Assembly (NCBI GenBank): GCA_028283145.1
Contig: JAPYNY010000012.1
Coordinates: forward strand, 11,672 to 75,671
Source of the DNA: Candidatus Hopanoidivorans cymbastelae
Lineage (GTDB): Bacteria > Actinomycetota > Acidimicrobiia > Acidimicrobiales > Hopanoidiivorantaceae
Length of the DNA stretch: 64,000 bases
Reading direction: 5' to 3'
Part shown: piece after piece, positions 30,784-41,302 of the stretch
How the letters are laid out: each line of letters opens with the position of its first letter
Position numbering within the stretch: position 1 is the first letter of the stretch
Position numbers and translations under genes: made by a program
The notes under the pieces: generated by a model
What the model saw: only the letters and a program-made list of their open reading frames with translations
Told to the model about the DNA's origin: nothing
The model's database searches: none

Positions 30784-31717
30784 CCCCATAAACCAGCAAG
30801 AGTTTGCCCGTTGTGGCCAGCACGCCCAGCAGCTGCCTAGTGGCTGTCTCTGCCGCAGAATCGTGAGCCTCCAGAATGAACGGAGCTCTCAACGTCACCA
30901 ATATAGGCTTTACCGCCAGCAAAGGGGCTGTCAGCCCTAATAGCACCCAAAGTTGATTTACCTCCCCTATGGACAGCGCTACAACTGCCACGCCAGCACC
31001 CAGCCAAGCAGCCGGATAAAGCCGCCTAGCCCAAATTTCTCCAAATCTGTCGGCTATGACTACTGCCAGGGTTTGTTTTTTAACTGCCTTGTCGGATTTC
31101 ACGTCACGCAAATTGTTGGCTATCAGCAGCGCACAAGCCACTAAGCCAACTCCTGCTCCGGCAACAATTGCATCTCCAGCAATTTCAGAGGTTTGGAGAT
31201 AGACAGTTCCAGCTGTGGGAACCAACCCGAAGAAGATAAAAACAGATACTTCGCCAAGCGCATAGTAGCCGTAGGGACGTGGCCCACCTGTATAGAACCA
31301 GGCTGCCGCAATGGCTGCCACCACAACCGGCAGCACTTCCCAACCTATCCAAAACGACAAAATTATCCCCAAGGCACCAGCAGCCGAAAAGCACAACCAG
31401 GTTGCCAGCAGAACTTGGCCGGGCTGGGCTGTCTCCGAAGCCACTAGGCGCATGGGGCCTTGACGGTTTTGGTCGCTGCCTTTGACGCCATCGCTGTAGT
31501 CATTGGCGTAGTTGACCCCAACTTGAAGCAACAGCGCCAGCAGCAAAGTCAGGCAGAACCTTGAGGCGCTGAGGTCGCCAGTCCAGCTATTGCTGCTGTC
31601 CAAATCACCCTCTTGTGAAACAGTCACTGCCAGCGTCGTGCCCACCAATACCGGTACTACCGAAGCCGTCAAAGTACGCGGCCGTGTTCCAGCCAGCCAT
31701 TGCTCAAAAGTTGCCAT
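30740..31717 (-). CDS. menA: 1,4-dihydroxy-2-naphthoate polyprenyltransferase
   Basis: [46 protein letters not shown]. Confidence 0.95.
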   Translation of the reverse strand: MATFEQWLAGTRPRTLTASVVPVLVGTTLAVTVSQEGDLDSSNSWTGDLSASRFCLTLLLALLLQVGVNYANDYSDGVKGSDQNRQGPMRLVASETAQPGQVLLATWLCFSAAGALGIILSFWIGWEVLPVVVAAIAAAWFYTGGPRPYGYYALGEVSVFIFFGLVPTAGTVYLQTSEIAGDAIVAGAGVGLVACALLIANNLRDVKSDKAVKKQTLAVVIADRFGEIWARRLYPAAWLGAGVAVVALSIGEVNQLWVLLGLTAPLLAVKPILVTLRAPFILEAHDSAAETATRQLLGVLATTGKLLLVYGVTLGAGLWLPQVVG

Positions 31718-31745
31718 ATCAAATAAAGCTATACGCTTTGAAATA

Positions 31746-33962
31746 GTGAACCAACTATCTGAAGAACTAAGTCCCTATCTGCGCCAACACGCCGACAACC
31801 CGGTCGACTGGTTTCCTTGGGGAGAATCAGCTTTCCAAGCTGCCAAAGATCTGAACAAGCCAATTTTGCTTTCGGTGGGCTATTCAGCCTGCCACTGGTG
31901 TCACGTAATGGCACATGAATCCTTTGAGGATGAAGCCACAGCTGCCGTGATGAACGAGCTTTTTGTGAATGTGAAGGTCGACCGTGAAGAACGCCCCGAC
32001 GTGGATGCCATCTACATGGCCGCCGTTACAGCCATGACTGGACACGGCGGTTGGCCCATGACAGTTTTTCTGACTCCAGATGGCGCTCCTTTTTTTGCCG
32101 GTACTTATTTTCCGCCCAAAGCCCAGGGCAATCGTCCCTCCTTCAAGGACGTCATGGAGCAAGTCAATCGGGTTTGGCATGAGCGACAAGCCGATGTGCT
32201 GACGCAATCAAAACAAATTGTGGCCGCGCTGAAGTCCTCCATCGAGCTGACATCTGAAGCTGCGCCGAGCAGTCCTCATCTGGGCTACCCTGCCAAGCAG
32301 GCCCTGTTGGATCAAGCTGTGTCCTCACTTAAAGCTCGCTATGACCCGGCTTGGGGCGGCTTTGGCATGGCACCCAAGTTTCCCCAGACGATGAACTTGG
32401 AATTGCTGCTGCGTCAGTATTGGCACCTTGGCGATACCGACTTGTTGCACATGGTGGAGAATTCCTTTGATTGCATGTCTTCGGGTGGGATTTACGACCA
32501 TCTGGGGGGTGGCTTTGCCCGTTATAGTGTCGACCGCCAATGGTTGGTGCCGCATTTTGAGAAGATGCTCTACGACAACGCCCTGCTGGCGCGGCTGGCT
32601 TTGCACTTGTGGCAGATAACCCACAAGCCACGTTACCTCCAAGTGCTGGAAGAAACAATTAGCTATGTGCTGAGCGAACTGCACCATCCGGCTGGCGGCT
32701 TTTATAGTGCCCAAGATGCCGATTCGGAAGGCGAAGAAGGCAAGTACTATGTTTGGTCGGCATCGGAATTCACGCACCTTGCTACTGCTGCTTTAGGCGG
32801 CGGAAGTCAGGGGCTGGACGGCGAAGGTCAGAAACTGATTTTGCCGGCCGGCTCGCAAGCCGCCAACTCTCAGGACAGCTTGGCTCACGACTTGGCAGTT
32901 GCCACACGGTGGTATGGGGTAACCGAGGAGGGCAACTTTGAGAGCCACAACATTTTGTGGCGTCCACAGCGGGGCGACCTGCTGCGACCAGAAAAAATTG
33001 AAACCGTCAGACAGGCCCTGTTGGAAGCCAGAAGCCAACGTGTACCACCCGGACTGGATGACAAAGTGCTGACCGAGTGGAACGCCTTGATGCTGTCGAC
33101 TCTGGCTGAAGCAGCTGCTGCCACGCAAAACCAGAGCTGGCTAGCCGCAGCAGTTGCCAACGCGGAATTCTTGTGTGACAACTTGAAAGACCCGCAGGGA
33201 AGATGGCTGCGAGTGTGGCAGGACAGCCAAAACAGCGCGCATTCCCCAAGCGGTGCCGGAGCTGCCCACAGCACTAGGGCTGCCGGCGGTACTGAGACTT
33301 CCGCAGGCGCTGCGAATTTTGGCCGCGCCGGCCGCGCCAGATATTTGGCTTATGCCGCTGACTATGCCGCGCTGCTGGATGCTTTCACGCGTGTCTATGA
33401 AGCTACTGGCCGAAAAAAGTGGCTGACTGAAGCTTGTCTGGTGGCCGACCAGATGTTGGATTTGTTCTGGGATTCTGCAGATGGGAGCCTTTTCACTGTT
33501 GGCTCAGACGCTGAACAACTGATTGTCCGTGCCAAAGACTTCATGGACAACTCACAGCCGTCAGCCAACAGCGCAGCCTGTTTCGGGCTACTGAGGCTAG
33601 GCTCGCTGACCAGCAATGAAAACTATCGGCAAAAGGCAGCCAGGATTCTGGAAAACAGCTTGGAGACAGCCGAAAAAGCTCCCTCGGCTTTCGGACATCT
33701 GCTTGGGGCATTGGATTTCAGTTTGCAAACGACGCAGGAAATAGTTATTTCAGGTGACCTCCCCGACCTAGTCAACACTATCCAACAGCGCTACCTGCCA
33801 AACAGCGTCCTCAGTTGGGGCGAGCCAACAAGTTTTGCCCTCTGGGAGGGGCGTCAAGACACTGCCGCGGCCTATGTCTGTTCTTTTGGAGTTTGCCAGG
33901 CTCCAGCCACAACTGCGGCCGAACTGGAAGCAGCCTTGGAAGCAGCCTTAACTGCCAGCTAG
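31746..33962 (+). CDS. YyaL/DUF255 thioredoxin-domain protein
   Basis: [59 protein letters not shown]; start set at GTG 31746. Confidence 0.93.
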   Translation: MNQLSEELSPYLRQHADNPVDWFPWGESAFQAAKDLNKPILLSVGYSACHWCHVMAHESFEDEATAAVMNELFVNVKVDREERPDVDAIYMAAVTAMTGHGGWPMTVFLTPDGAPFFAGTYFPPKAQGNRPSFKDVMEQVNRVWHERQADVLTQSKQIVAALKSSIELTSEAAPSSPHLGYPAKQALLDQAVSSLKARYDPAWGGFGMAPKFPQTMNLELLLRQYWHLGDTDLLHMVENSFDCMSSGGIYDHLGGGFARYSVDRQWLVPHFEKMLYDNALLARLALHLWQITHKPRYLQVLEETISYVLSELHHPAGGFYSAQDADSEGEEGKYYVWSASEFTHLATAALGGGSQGLDGEGQKLILPAGSQAANSQDSLAHDLAVATRWYGVTEEGNFESHNILWRPQRGDLLRPEKIETVRQALLEARSQRVPPGLDDKVLTEWNALMLSTLAEAAAATQNQSWLAAAVANAEFLCDNLKDPQGRWLRVWQDSQNSAHSPSGAGAAHSTRAAGGTETSAGAANFGRAGRARYLAYAADYAALLDAFTRVYEATGRKKWLTEACLVADQMLDLFWDSADGSLFTVGSDAEQLIVRAKDFMDNSQPSANSAACFGLLRLGSLTSNENYRQKAARILENSLETAEKAPSAFGHLLGALDFSLQTTQEIVISGDLPDLVNTIQQRYLPNSVLSWGEPTSFALWEGRQDTAAAYVCSFGVCQAPATTAAELEAALEAALTAS

Positions 33963-34475
33963 CAACGCTGCCAGAACCTGATCGCAAGCCTGCGCTCCCC
34001 AGTCTTGCACAACCTCTGAGGGAGTTCCGCCCAAGGGGTGTGGTACTACCACAATCCGAGCGCCTTGGGGAGCTGAGTGAGCCGCAACCTGCCGGGTTAA
34101 TTCTTCAAAGGCGGTCGTGGCAAACACCACTGTCGGTATGCCTCGTTGCTCTAATTCAGCTAAGTCATGGACACTCCACGACGTGCAAGAACCTCAATCG
34201 GCAGAGCCGACTAGAACAGCATCCACATCCTGACTGAGTCGTTCAATTACCTCTTCAGGCGCTGGCAAGGCAGCATTTTTGGGTTCAACTGCCATGAGTT
34301 GGGCACCAGTGCGCTCAAGCAGTTGGTCGCCCACAGCTTGCAGCAGCACATCGGCGTTGGGCTTGCTGTTGGCAAACAAGGCAATGGTCTTGCCGCTCAG
34401 GGAACCCAAAGACGGCGCGAGTGATTTAGCAGGTGAACCTACCGACCCCCGCGGATCATGAATTTGCAGACCCAT
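33948..34475 (-). CDS. UGSC-family selenoprotein (175 aa, Sec94, U-G-S-C motif)
   Basis: ORFs 34194-34475 and 33948-34130 join in frame through TGA 34194-34196: ...NSKPNAD...[36 protein letters not shown]...VVPHPLGG. Confidence 0.9.
34164..34182 (-). promoter_or_regulatory. Putative SECIS hairpin of the UGSC gene
   Basis: GUCGUGG-AGUGU-CCAUGAC stem-loop starting 11 nt after the UGA. Confidence 0.75.
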
Positions 34476-34477
34476 AG

Positions 34478-35680
34478 CTAGTTAGCCGCAGCCTCCAAAA
34501 TGTGAACCCCACAGGAGGAACCCAAGCCTATGACATGCGTCAAACCAACCTTGGCGTCTTCAATTTGACGATCCCCTGCTTCGCCCCGCAAGTGAGTGGA
34601 AACTTCATAGACATTGGCTATGCCGGTGGCTCCAATAGGGTGCCCCTTGGAGATGAGACCGCCTGATACATTCACCGGAGTGCTGCCGTCTCGAAAGGGA
34701 ACTCCTGAGTCGATAAAGTCCCCGGCCCCGCCTGGCTCGCAGAGTCGCAGATTATCGTAGTGAATCAGCTCGGCTGTGGCAAAGCAATCGTGCAACTCGA
34801 CTAAATCCAAGTCGTCCGGAGCAACTCCAGCCTCTTCATAAGCCGCATCAACGGCATTGCGTGTCAAGGTGTTGACATCGCTTTGGATTTGACCGCTTTC
34901 CACATAGGGATCGGAAGTAAGCACGGAAGCTGAAATCTTGACGGCCCGCTGCTGCTGCTCTTTGGAAAGTGACCGCAGCATTTCCTCTCCGATCACAACC
35001 GCTGCTGCTGCTCCATCTCCGGTTGGACAGCACATCAGCAAAGTATTGGGATAGGAGGTCATGGGCGAAGCCATGACCTCCTCCAGAGAGAATTCCTTCT
35101 GGTACTGCGCCAAGGGGTTGAGAGTGGAATGAGCATGGTTCTTTTGAGCTACCTTGGCAAACTGCTCAAACCCTACCCCGTCGTTTTCATAGGCATATTT
35201 CATGCCGGCTTGGGCAAAAACGCCTGGCATGGTTTCCGTGCCCAAGATGCCATCCACCGACATGACCGAGCCGTAACGTCCCGAAGGCTGATAGACATTC
35301 TCTTCGGCTTTACGGCTGCCGCCAGCCAGCAAACCCATCTTGCCCATCTGTTCCACACCGACCGCCAGGCCCATCTCAGCCTCCCCCGCCTTGATCGACA
35401 TAATCACAGTGCGCAGGGCTGTAGCTCCAGTTGCGCAAGCGTTGGAAACGTTATAGACAGGTATTCCAGTTTGTCCAATTTGGTGCTGGAGTTGCTGGCC
35501 CATGCCTGCGTTGGCTTGAAACAAGGTGCCGCTAGCCAAAATATCCATGTCATGAATCGTGACTCCCCCGTCAGCTAGGGCTCCAAGGGCAGCTTCAGAT
35601 GCCAAATCAAGCGCATCCTTATCCGCATAACGGGTAAATTTCGTCATATGTGTGCCAAGAATCCAAACTGATTCGCTCAT
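34478..35680 (-). CDS. SCP2-type thiolase (lipid-transfer-protein family)
   Basis: NVSNACATG (Cys nucleophile retained), ELHDCF, SGGLISKGHPIGATG. Confidence 0.93.
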   Translation of the reverse strand: MSESVWILGTHMTKFTRYADKDALDLASEAALGALADGGVTIHDMDILASGTLFQANAGMGQQLQHQIGQTGIPVYNVSNACATGATALRTVIMSIKAGEAEMGLAVGVEQMGKMGLLAGGSRKAEENVYQPSGRYGSVMSVDGILGTETMPGVFAQAGMKYAYENDGVGFEQFAKVAQKNHAHSTLNPLAQYQKEFSLEEVMASPMTSYPNTLLMCCPTGDGAAAAVVIGEEMLRSLSKEQQQRAVKISASVLTSDPYVESGQIQSDVNTLTRNAVDAAYEEAGVAPDDLDLVELHDCFATAELIHYDNLRLCEPGGAGDFIDSGVPFRDGSTPVNVSGGLISKGHPIGATGIANVYEVSTHLRGEAGDRQIEDAKVGLTHVIGLGSSCGVHILEAAAN

Positions 35681-35761
35681 GGTGGTTGCCTTTCTGACTG
35701 ATTAGTTGTTATTGAGGTAAATTTTACTACAGCTTGCGGTGGAGTTGATGGCTATGGCAGA

Positions 35762-36184
35762 TTACTGATCAACTGGTTCATAGCCAAAAGCTATGCATCT
35801 TGTACCACGGTCGTCCTGACCAACTTCGTAGGTGGTAAGCGATACCTGCATTCCCAACTTCACGTGCTCAGGGTCGGCTGGAGTATTGACCACATTGGAG
35901 CGCACCGAGGTGCCGTCTTGAGTCTTGACTATGGCTGAGACATAGGGCACCGGTATGGTGGGAGCAGCGCGATAGACGATGGAAAAAGCTTCCAGCACCC
36001 CTTGGTTGGCAACTGTGGCCTTCTCAAAATTTGTGCCGCCGCAGTGGGCGCAGGCATTTCGCCTGTTGAAAAATCTGGCCCCACAGTTGGTGCACTGGTT
36101 GGCAACTAAATGAGGATCATCTCCTAGGACTAGGTAGTCGACGATGGGTATCTCTGTGGGAGCTGGGGCAGAATCTTGGTTCAA
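35762..36184 (-). CDS. DUF35 Zn-ribbon/OB-fold acyl-CoA-binding protein
   Basis: CTNC...RNACAHCG zinc ribbon followed by the OB-fold segment FSIVYRA..VPYVSAIV...VKLGMQV. Confidence 0.9.
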   Translation of the reverse strand: MNQDSAPAPTEIPIVDYLVLGDDPHLVANQCTNCGARFFNRRNACAHCGGTNFEKATVANQGVLEAFSIVYRAAPTIPVPYVSAIVKTQDGTSVRSNVVNTPADPEHVKLGMQVSLTTYEVGQDDRGTRCIAFGYEPVDQ

Positions 36185-36314
36185 TGTCTTGGCCTCTCGT
36201 TGTTTTTAGCGGTGCTTTTCAAGTGGTGGTATTAATTATCGCAAATAAATTTTAGCTACTCAAGTCGTAGACGAGTGTCTTGGGCAGCTAATTAGCCACA
36301 GCCAGCCACAGTGG

Positions 36315-36914
36315 CTACCAGCTTCCAAACCGCACTACTTCATCAATGTGCCGCCTGGGGAGTTTAGCCGACTGACTGCGGGTGTAGCTATTGGGGTATC
36401 CCAAGGCAACTGCTCCCAGCGGCCAGATGTCAACTGGCAACTTCAGCAACTCTGAAACCTGCTCTGTGTGCTGAAATAATCCAAAGAACAAGGCGCCCAA
36501 ACCGCTTTGGTGGGCTAGCAGCAATAAATTCTGCACCGCAAAAGCGCAGTCCACATACCAGTAGGGCACCCCCCATGCTGCAATGCTTTCCCCGAGCTTG
36601 GTGTGAATTTTATCGGCTTGTTGATAGCGGGTCAAATAACTGGTTGCATCAGCTAAAGGAATGACGATGACAGGCGCTGAAAGCAAACCAGGCCAAGGAA
36701 ACCCTGAACGGTTGGCTTCAGGCAGAGTTGTGTTCCAGAAGTCGGCAACCCTGTCATCGCTTAGCACTACAAATTCAACTCCTTGGGCGTTGCCGGCACT
36801 AGGTGCGTGACGGGCTGTGTCCAACAAGTCAACTATCAACTCAAGCGGTAGGGGATCGCCTTTGAAGTCCCTGACCATTTTACGGGACTTGATGGTCGCT
36901 TTGAGTTGCGCCAA
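36315..36914 (-). CDS. Nitroreductase family protein
   Basis: RKMVRDF, HAPSAGNAQG, QNLLLLA...GLGALFFG, LGYP. Confidence 0.9.
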   Translation of the reverse strand: MAQLKATIKSRKMVRDFKGDPLPLELIVDLLDTARHAPSAGNAQGVEFVVLSDDRVADFWNTTLPEANRSGFPWPGLLSAPVIVIPLADATSYLTRYQQADKIHTKLGESIAAWGVPYWYVDCAFAVQNLLLLAHQSGLGALFFGLFQHTEQVSELLKLPVDIWPLGAVALGYPNSYTRSQSAKLPRRHIDEVVRFGSW

Positions 36915-36937
36915 GTGGTCTTGGTTTGAAATTTGGC

Positions 36938-37642
36938 TCAGCTCGGAAATTTAGTCAGATCTTCTTTGCGCACCCAACCGTGGACGATCAAGCTGTCGCC
37001 TTGGTTTGCATCTATTTTTTTAAACAGACGTTTAAGCTCGGCTCGGGTCATCTTGCAGCCAACTCCGCCAGTCTTGCGGGTGTCTGAATTATCAGCCGCG
37101 TTATAGCACCAAACCGGGGATGGCTCACCTCCGCCCGTTACTTTGAACTCTCTGGCATCATAGGCAGAGTTGTCCACGCCGAAACGCTTGGCTAGACGTC
37201 TCCCCCAAGCACGGTCTTCGCCGTTGGCAGCATAATGCGGGCGCGGGATGATGTCGTGCAGCTGCCAGAAGATGTCATAGGCAGAAATATCATCAACTCG
37301 CGTGCCTACAATCACATCTTCTTCGGGAAATGAAATCAGAGCTCGCTTGAATTGCTCAATCATGAGCCCACGCATGACGGTTTTGCGCTTGCTGAAACAA
37401 GCCACCAAACTCAAGCCAACCACAATGCCAGGAGTTCCGCCAATGCGGTCCAAAGTGAAAAAAGAAAAACCCCGTAGCGTATCCCCTTCAAAACCCATCG
37501 CCACCAAAACCCAGTTATCGCCCTCAGATTCCAACAACTCTCGGCAACGGGGATTCGGGCCCTGGGCACATAGGTACGCCATAGCATCATAATCTTGCTC
37601 AGTCAGAGCTATGCAATCTTTAGTTTCGAAGGTAATGGCCAT
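36938..37642 (-). CDS. Hypothetical protein (possibly GNAT-like fold)
   Basis: 234-aa ORF filling the gap between dnaE and the nitroreductase; GFSFFTLDRIGGTP, FPEEDVIVG, GEDRAWGRRLAKRFG. Confidence 0.7.
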   Translation of the reverse strand: MAITFETKDCIALTEQDYDAMAYLCAQGPNPRCRELLESEGDNWVLVAMGFEGDTLRGFSFFTLDRIGGTPGIVVGLSLVACFSKRKTVMRGLMIEQFKRALISFPEEDVIVGTRVDDISAYDIFWQLHDIIPRPHYAANGEDRAWGRRLAKRFGVDNSAYDAREFKVTGGGEPSPVWCYNAADNSDTRKTGGVGCKMTRAELKRLFKKIDANQGDSLIVHGWVRKEDLTKFPS

Positions 37643-37733
37643 TGTCGTTTAAGTTTAGCAGGAGATAGCCCAAATTACCCAGCCCACAGGTCGTTCTTGG
37701 CTCAGGTCAAAAACATCCATCCAACTCAACCAA

Positions 37734-40700
37734 CTAGGTCAAAATCGCAGTCGTGCCAAATTTTTCACGAAGAAACTTCAAAACTTGGGCGTTAGCCTCA
37801 ATACTGCAATCCAAAGCCAAAGCCTTTGTGCCTTCAAAGTCAAACCATAATTCGCGCTCCTTCAGATGGCCTCGGTCCACGCGATGTTCCCAAAGGAATT
37901 TGATTAAATCATCCAACAGGGATTCCTCACGCACCTTTGTTTCAGAGCAACTGATCACCACCGGCCTGACCCGCGCCCGCAACGCTCCTGCTTCTTCAAC
38001 TATGAGTTGGAGGGCATCTCGACTGCTGTCAGTTCGGCCTTTTGCATAGATGACTGAGTCCTCTTTGAAAACTGAAAAATAGTTATCCAAGGTTTTAGGA
38101 AAAGCCACCAAGTCAATAGTGTGTTCATAGTCTTCTAAGACCGCTGTGAGCATATTCTTGCCGTTGCGGGTGGGACGAATTTTCATATTGGTGAGGATGC
38201 CACAGACTGTGCGGGTGCTCTTGTCCGGGATTTCAGCCAGCTCATCTATGGAAAAAGGATTGAGCTCCTCCATTGCCTGCTGATAATCATCCAGCGGATG
38301 GTGGCTGATATAGAGCCCAAGCATTTCACGTTCATCTTGCAGACTTTGTTTGAAATCGCTTTCGACATCTGGAATGGCTGGGCGCAGATCTTCATTGGTT
38401 TCCCCAAACATAGAGACAAATCCCTGCTCACTGCGCTGTCTTGACGTCAATGCAACATCCACAATTTCAGCAAAACCCGCCAGCAAGCCCTCACGTTGAT
38501 GGCCACTGTGGTCAAAGCAACCTGCCTTAATCAGCGATTCGATGGATTTTTTAGTTAAGCACTCTCTGGGCATGCGATTGACAAAATCGTAAAAATCGGT
38601 AAAGTTGCCGTCTGAGTTGCGTTCCTCAATCAGCCTTTCAGCATAAGCTGTGCCGATATTGCGAATGGCAGAGAGGCCAAAGGAAATAACCCGTGAACCA
38701 TCTGGCCCAGACAAGACTGAAAAATCTTTTCTTGAGGAATTTACGTCGGGCAGCCGCACTTCTAACTTTTTTTGGCGACACTCGGCCAAGTAAATTTTCT
38801 GTCGATCTTGGTCGTTCTTGCTGCTTGTCAACAGGCCAGCCATGAACTCAACTGGATAATTGGCTTTGAGCCAGGCAGTCTGGTAAGCCACCATGGCATA
38901 GGAATATGAGTGGCTCTTGTTGAAGGCATAATCGGCAAAGGGCTCAATGATCTCCCACCACTGTCTTCCAAGTGCCGCCCCGTATCCTGTGGCCTCGCAA
39001 CCACTGATAAACTTTTCTCTCTCCTGAGCCATGATTTCACGTATTTTTTTGCCACAGGCCTTGCGAAGATTATCGGCTTCTTCAAGGGAGTAGCCGGCAA
39101 ATTTCTGTGCGATACGCATCATGGATTCCTGATAGATCATCAAACCGTAGGTCTCAGACAAAATTTCCTCGGCTTCGGGATGCAAATATTTCACTTGCGT
39201 GCGCCCGTTCTTGCGGTCGGCATAGTCTTGGGGCATATTGGCTTCCATCGGACCGGGGCGATACAGCGCCACCAACGCAGCAATGTCTTCAAATTCGGTC
39301 GGACGCAGAGCCCGCATGAGACTGCGCATAGGGCCGCTCTCAAGTTGGAATACGCCGGTGGTGTCTCCCTGCTGCAGCAGGCTGTAAGTCTTGGCATCGT
39401 CAAGTGGGATGTCTTCAATGACGATGCCAAGACCTTGGGTGTCGGCTATCAACTCCAAGGTGTCTGAGATTATGTCCAGGTTTCGCAAACCCAGCAAGTC
39501 CATCTTGAGCAAGCCCAGCTCCTCCACGGCACCCATTTCGTACTGTGTAACTATGGGAGCATCGTCAGGTGAACCTCCATCGGCAGGCTTGCGCTGAATG
39601 GGCATATAGGAGGTGATGGGTTCCTGGGTCAGCACCACAGCTGCCGCATGGATGCTGTCTTGTCGGCATAAGCCCTCTAATCCCCTAGCTGCGTCAATGA
39701 TTGTATGAGCTTCAGCGTCATTTTGGTAGAGTTCGCGCAGTTCGCCAGCGCGCTGGTAGCCGCTCTCATGCCCCGGAGTTTTGTCTAGGCAAGCATACAG
39801 TGGTGTGTCTCGCCCCAAAATGAGTCCTGGAATGGCTTTGGCGATTTTGTCTCCCAAACCGTAGGGGAAGTCAAGCACTCTGGCAGCATCTCTGACAGCT
39901 TGACGAGCCTTGATACGGGCAAAGGTGATTATCTGGGCAACTTGTTCCCGCCCGAAGCGGTCCGACAGATAGCGGATCAACTCATCACGATAGCGGGAGT
40001 CAAAGTCAATGTCAATGTCTGGCATTTGGCGACGACCAGGATTCAAAAAGCGCTCAAACAGCAAGTCGTAGCGAATGGGGTCTAAGTCGGTGATGCCCAA
40101 ACAATAGGAAACTGCGCTGCCGGCAGCGCTTCCCCGCCCTGGCCCCACGCGAATATGGCGCTCCTTGGCGTAACGCACCAAGTCCCAGACAATTAAAAAG
40201 TACGCTGAAAAGCCCATGTTGGAGATGATCTTCAACTCATAGCTGAGTCGGGAAGCTATGTCGTCAGGCAATGGGTCGCCCCAGCGTTTCTTAGCTCCTT
40301 GCAAAGTCAACTCGGTCAGATAATCGTCCTGTGAACCATGACCTGGTGGCAGTGGAAAGTCGGGAAGTTGCGGGGAGCCAAACTCAATTTCCACATTGCT
40401 GCGCTCGGCTATTTCCAAGGTGCTGTCGCAGGCATCCGGCAGTTCATTAAAAAGTTGGCGCATTTCCCGAGCTGTCTTCAAGTAGTGCTGATCGCCGTGA
40501 AATTTGAGACGGTTGCTGTCTTTGACCAAAGCCCCGGTTTGGACGCAGAGCAGAACATCATGGGAGACCGCATCGCTTTGGTGGGTGTAATGAGTATCGT
40601 TGGTGGCCAGCAGTGGCAGATTGAGTCGCTTGGAAATCTCCAGCAGTTGCTGGAGGTTGTCGTGCTGGGCTGGAATGCCGTGGTCTTGCAGCTCCACATA

Positions 40701-41261
40701 AAAATTATCCGGCCCGAAAATGTCTCGGAATTTTCCGGCCAGCTCCTCGGCTTTGGCATAGTTGCTTTGCATTAGAGCTTGGTTGACATGGCTTCCCAAA
40801 CAGCCTGTGGTGGCAATCAGCCCTTCGCTATGATCGCTTAACACCTCCCAGTCAACTCTGGGCTTGTAGTAGTACCCTTCCAGAAATGCCCGTGAGGCAA
40901 CTTGGATCAAGTTCTTGTAGCCAATGTTATTTTCAGCCAGCAAGGTGAGATGGTAGTATAGCTTGGCGCCTTGTTCGGTGTTGCCGCCGGTGTCGTCCAG
41001 TTGACCACGACGAATTGGCCGTTCATTGCGGTGCTCATAGGCCATATATGCTTCGGTGCCGATAATCGGCTTGACACCATGCTTGCGACAGGTTTTATAG
41101 AAGTCAATGATTCCATACATATTGCCATGGTCGGTAATGCCCAAGGCAGGCTGCCCGTCGGCTGCGGCAGCAGTTATCAGATCGTCAAGCTTGGAGGCTC
41201 CGTCCAGAAGCGAATATTCAGTGTGGACATGCAGGTGGACAAATGAATCTGCTGCGGACAT
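37734..41261 (-). CDS. dnaE: DNA polymerase III alpha subunit
   Basis: HLHVHTEYSLLDG PHP domain, GPGRGSAAGS, MPDIDIDF, KMDLLGL, FNKSHS. Confidence 0.98.
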   Translation of the reverse strand: MSAADSFVHLHVHTEYSLLDGASKLDDLITAAAADGQPALGITDHGNMYGIIDFYKTCRKHGVKPIIGTEAYMAYEHRNERPIRRGQLDDTGGNTEQGAKLYYHLTLLAENNIGYKNLIQVASRAFLEGYYYKPRVDWEVLSDHSEGLIATTGCLGSHVNQALMQSNYAKAEELAGKFRDIFGPDNFYVELQDHGIPAQHDNLQQLLEISKRLNLPLLATNDTHYTHQSDAVSHDVLLCVQTGALVKDSNRLKFHGDQHYLKTAREMRQLFNELPDACDSTLEIAERSNVEIEFGSPQLPDFPLPPGHGSQDDYLTELTLQGAKKRWGDPLPDDIASRLSYELKIISNMGFSAYFLIVWDLVRYAKERHIRVGPGRGSAAGSAVSYCLGITDLDPIRYDLLFERFLNPGRRQMPDIDIDFDSRYRDELIRYLSDRFGREQVAQIITFARIKARQAVRDAARVLDFPYGLGDKIAKAIPGLILGRDTPLYACLDKTPGHESGYQRAGELRELYQNDAEAHTIIDAARGLEGLCRQDSIHAAAVVLTQEPITSYMPIQRKPADGGSPDDAPIVTQYEMGAVEELGLLKMDLLGLRNLDIISDTLELIADTQGLGIVIEDIPLDDAKTYSLLQQGDTTGVFQLESGPMRSLMRALRPTEFEDIAALVALYRPGPMEANMPQDYADRKNGRTQVKYLHPEAEEILSETYGLMIYQESMMRIAQKFAGYSLEEADNLRKACGKKIREIMAQEREKFISGCEATGYGAALGRQWWEIIEPFADYAFNKSHSYSYAMVAYQTAWLKANYPVEFMAGLLTSSKNDQDRQKIYLAECRQKKLEVRLPDVNSSRKDFSVLSGPDGSRVISFGLSAIRNIGTAYAERLIEERNSDGNFTDFYDFVNRMPRECLTKKSIESLIKAGCFDHSGHQREGLLAGFAEIVDVALTSRQRSEQGFVSMFGETNEDLRPAIPDVESDFKQSLQDEREMLGLYISHHPLDDYQQAMEELNPFSIDELAEIPDKSTRTVCGILTNMKIRPTRNGKNMLTAVLEDYEHTIDLVAFPKTLDNYFSVFKEDSVIYAKGRTDSSRDALQLIVEEAGALRARVRPVVISCSETKVREESLLDDLIKFLWEHRVDRGHLKERELWFDFEGTKALALDCSIEANAQVLKFLREKFGTTAILT

Positions 41262-41302
41262 GAGTTGATCTTTTGACTATTTCACTCAAGTTGCAGCTGG
41301 AC

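Noticed and set aside
33220-33340. Protein insertions as a family of mobile coding palindromes (Rickettsia RPE-like)
   Set aside because: The inserts I compared by eye (YyaL and IleRS) share no sequence or palindromic structure; an all-against-all alignment would settle it.
37734-41261. Intein in DnaE
   Set aside because: Length is normal (1175 aa) and no intein splice motifs were seen.
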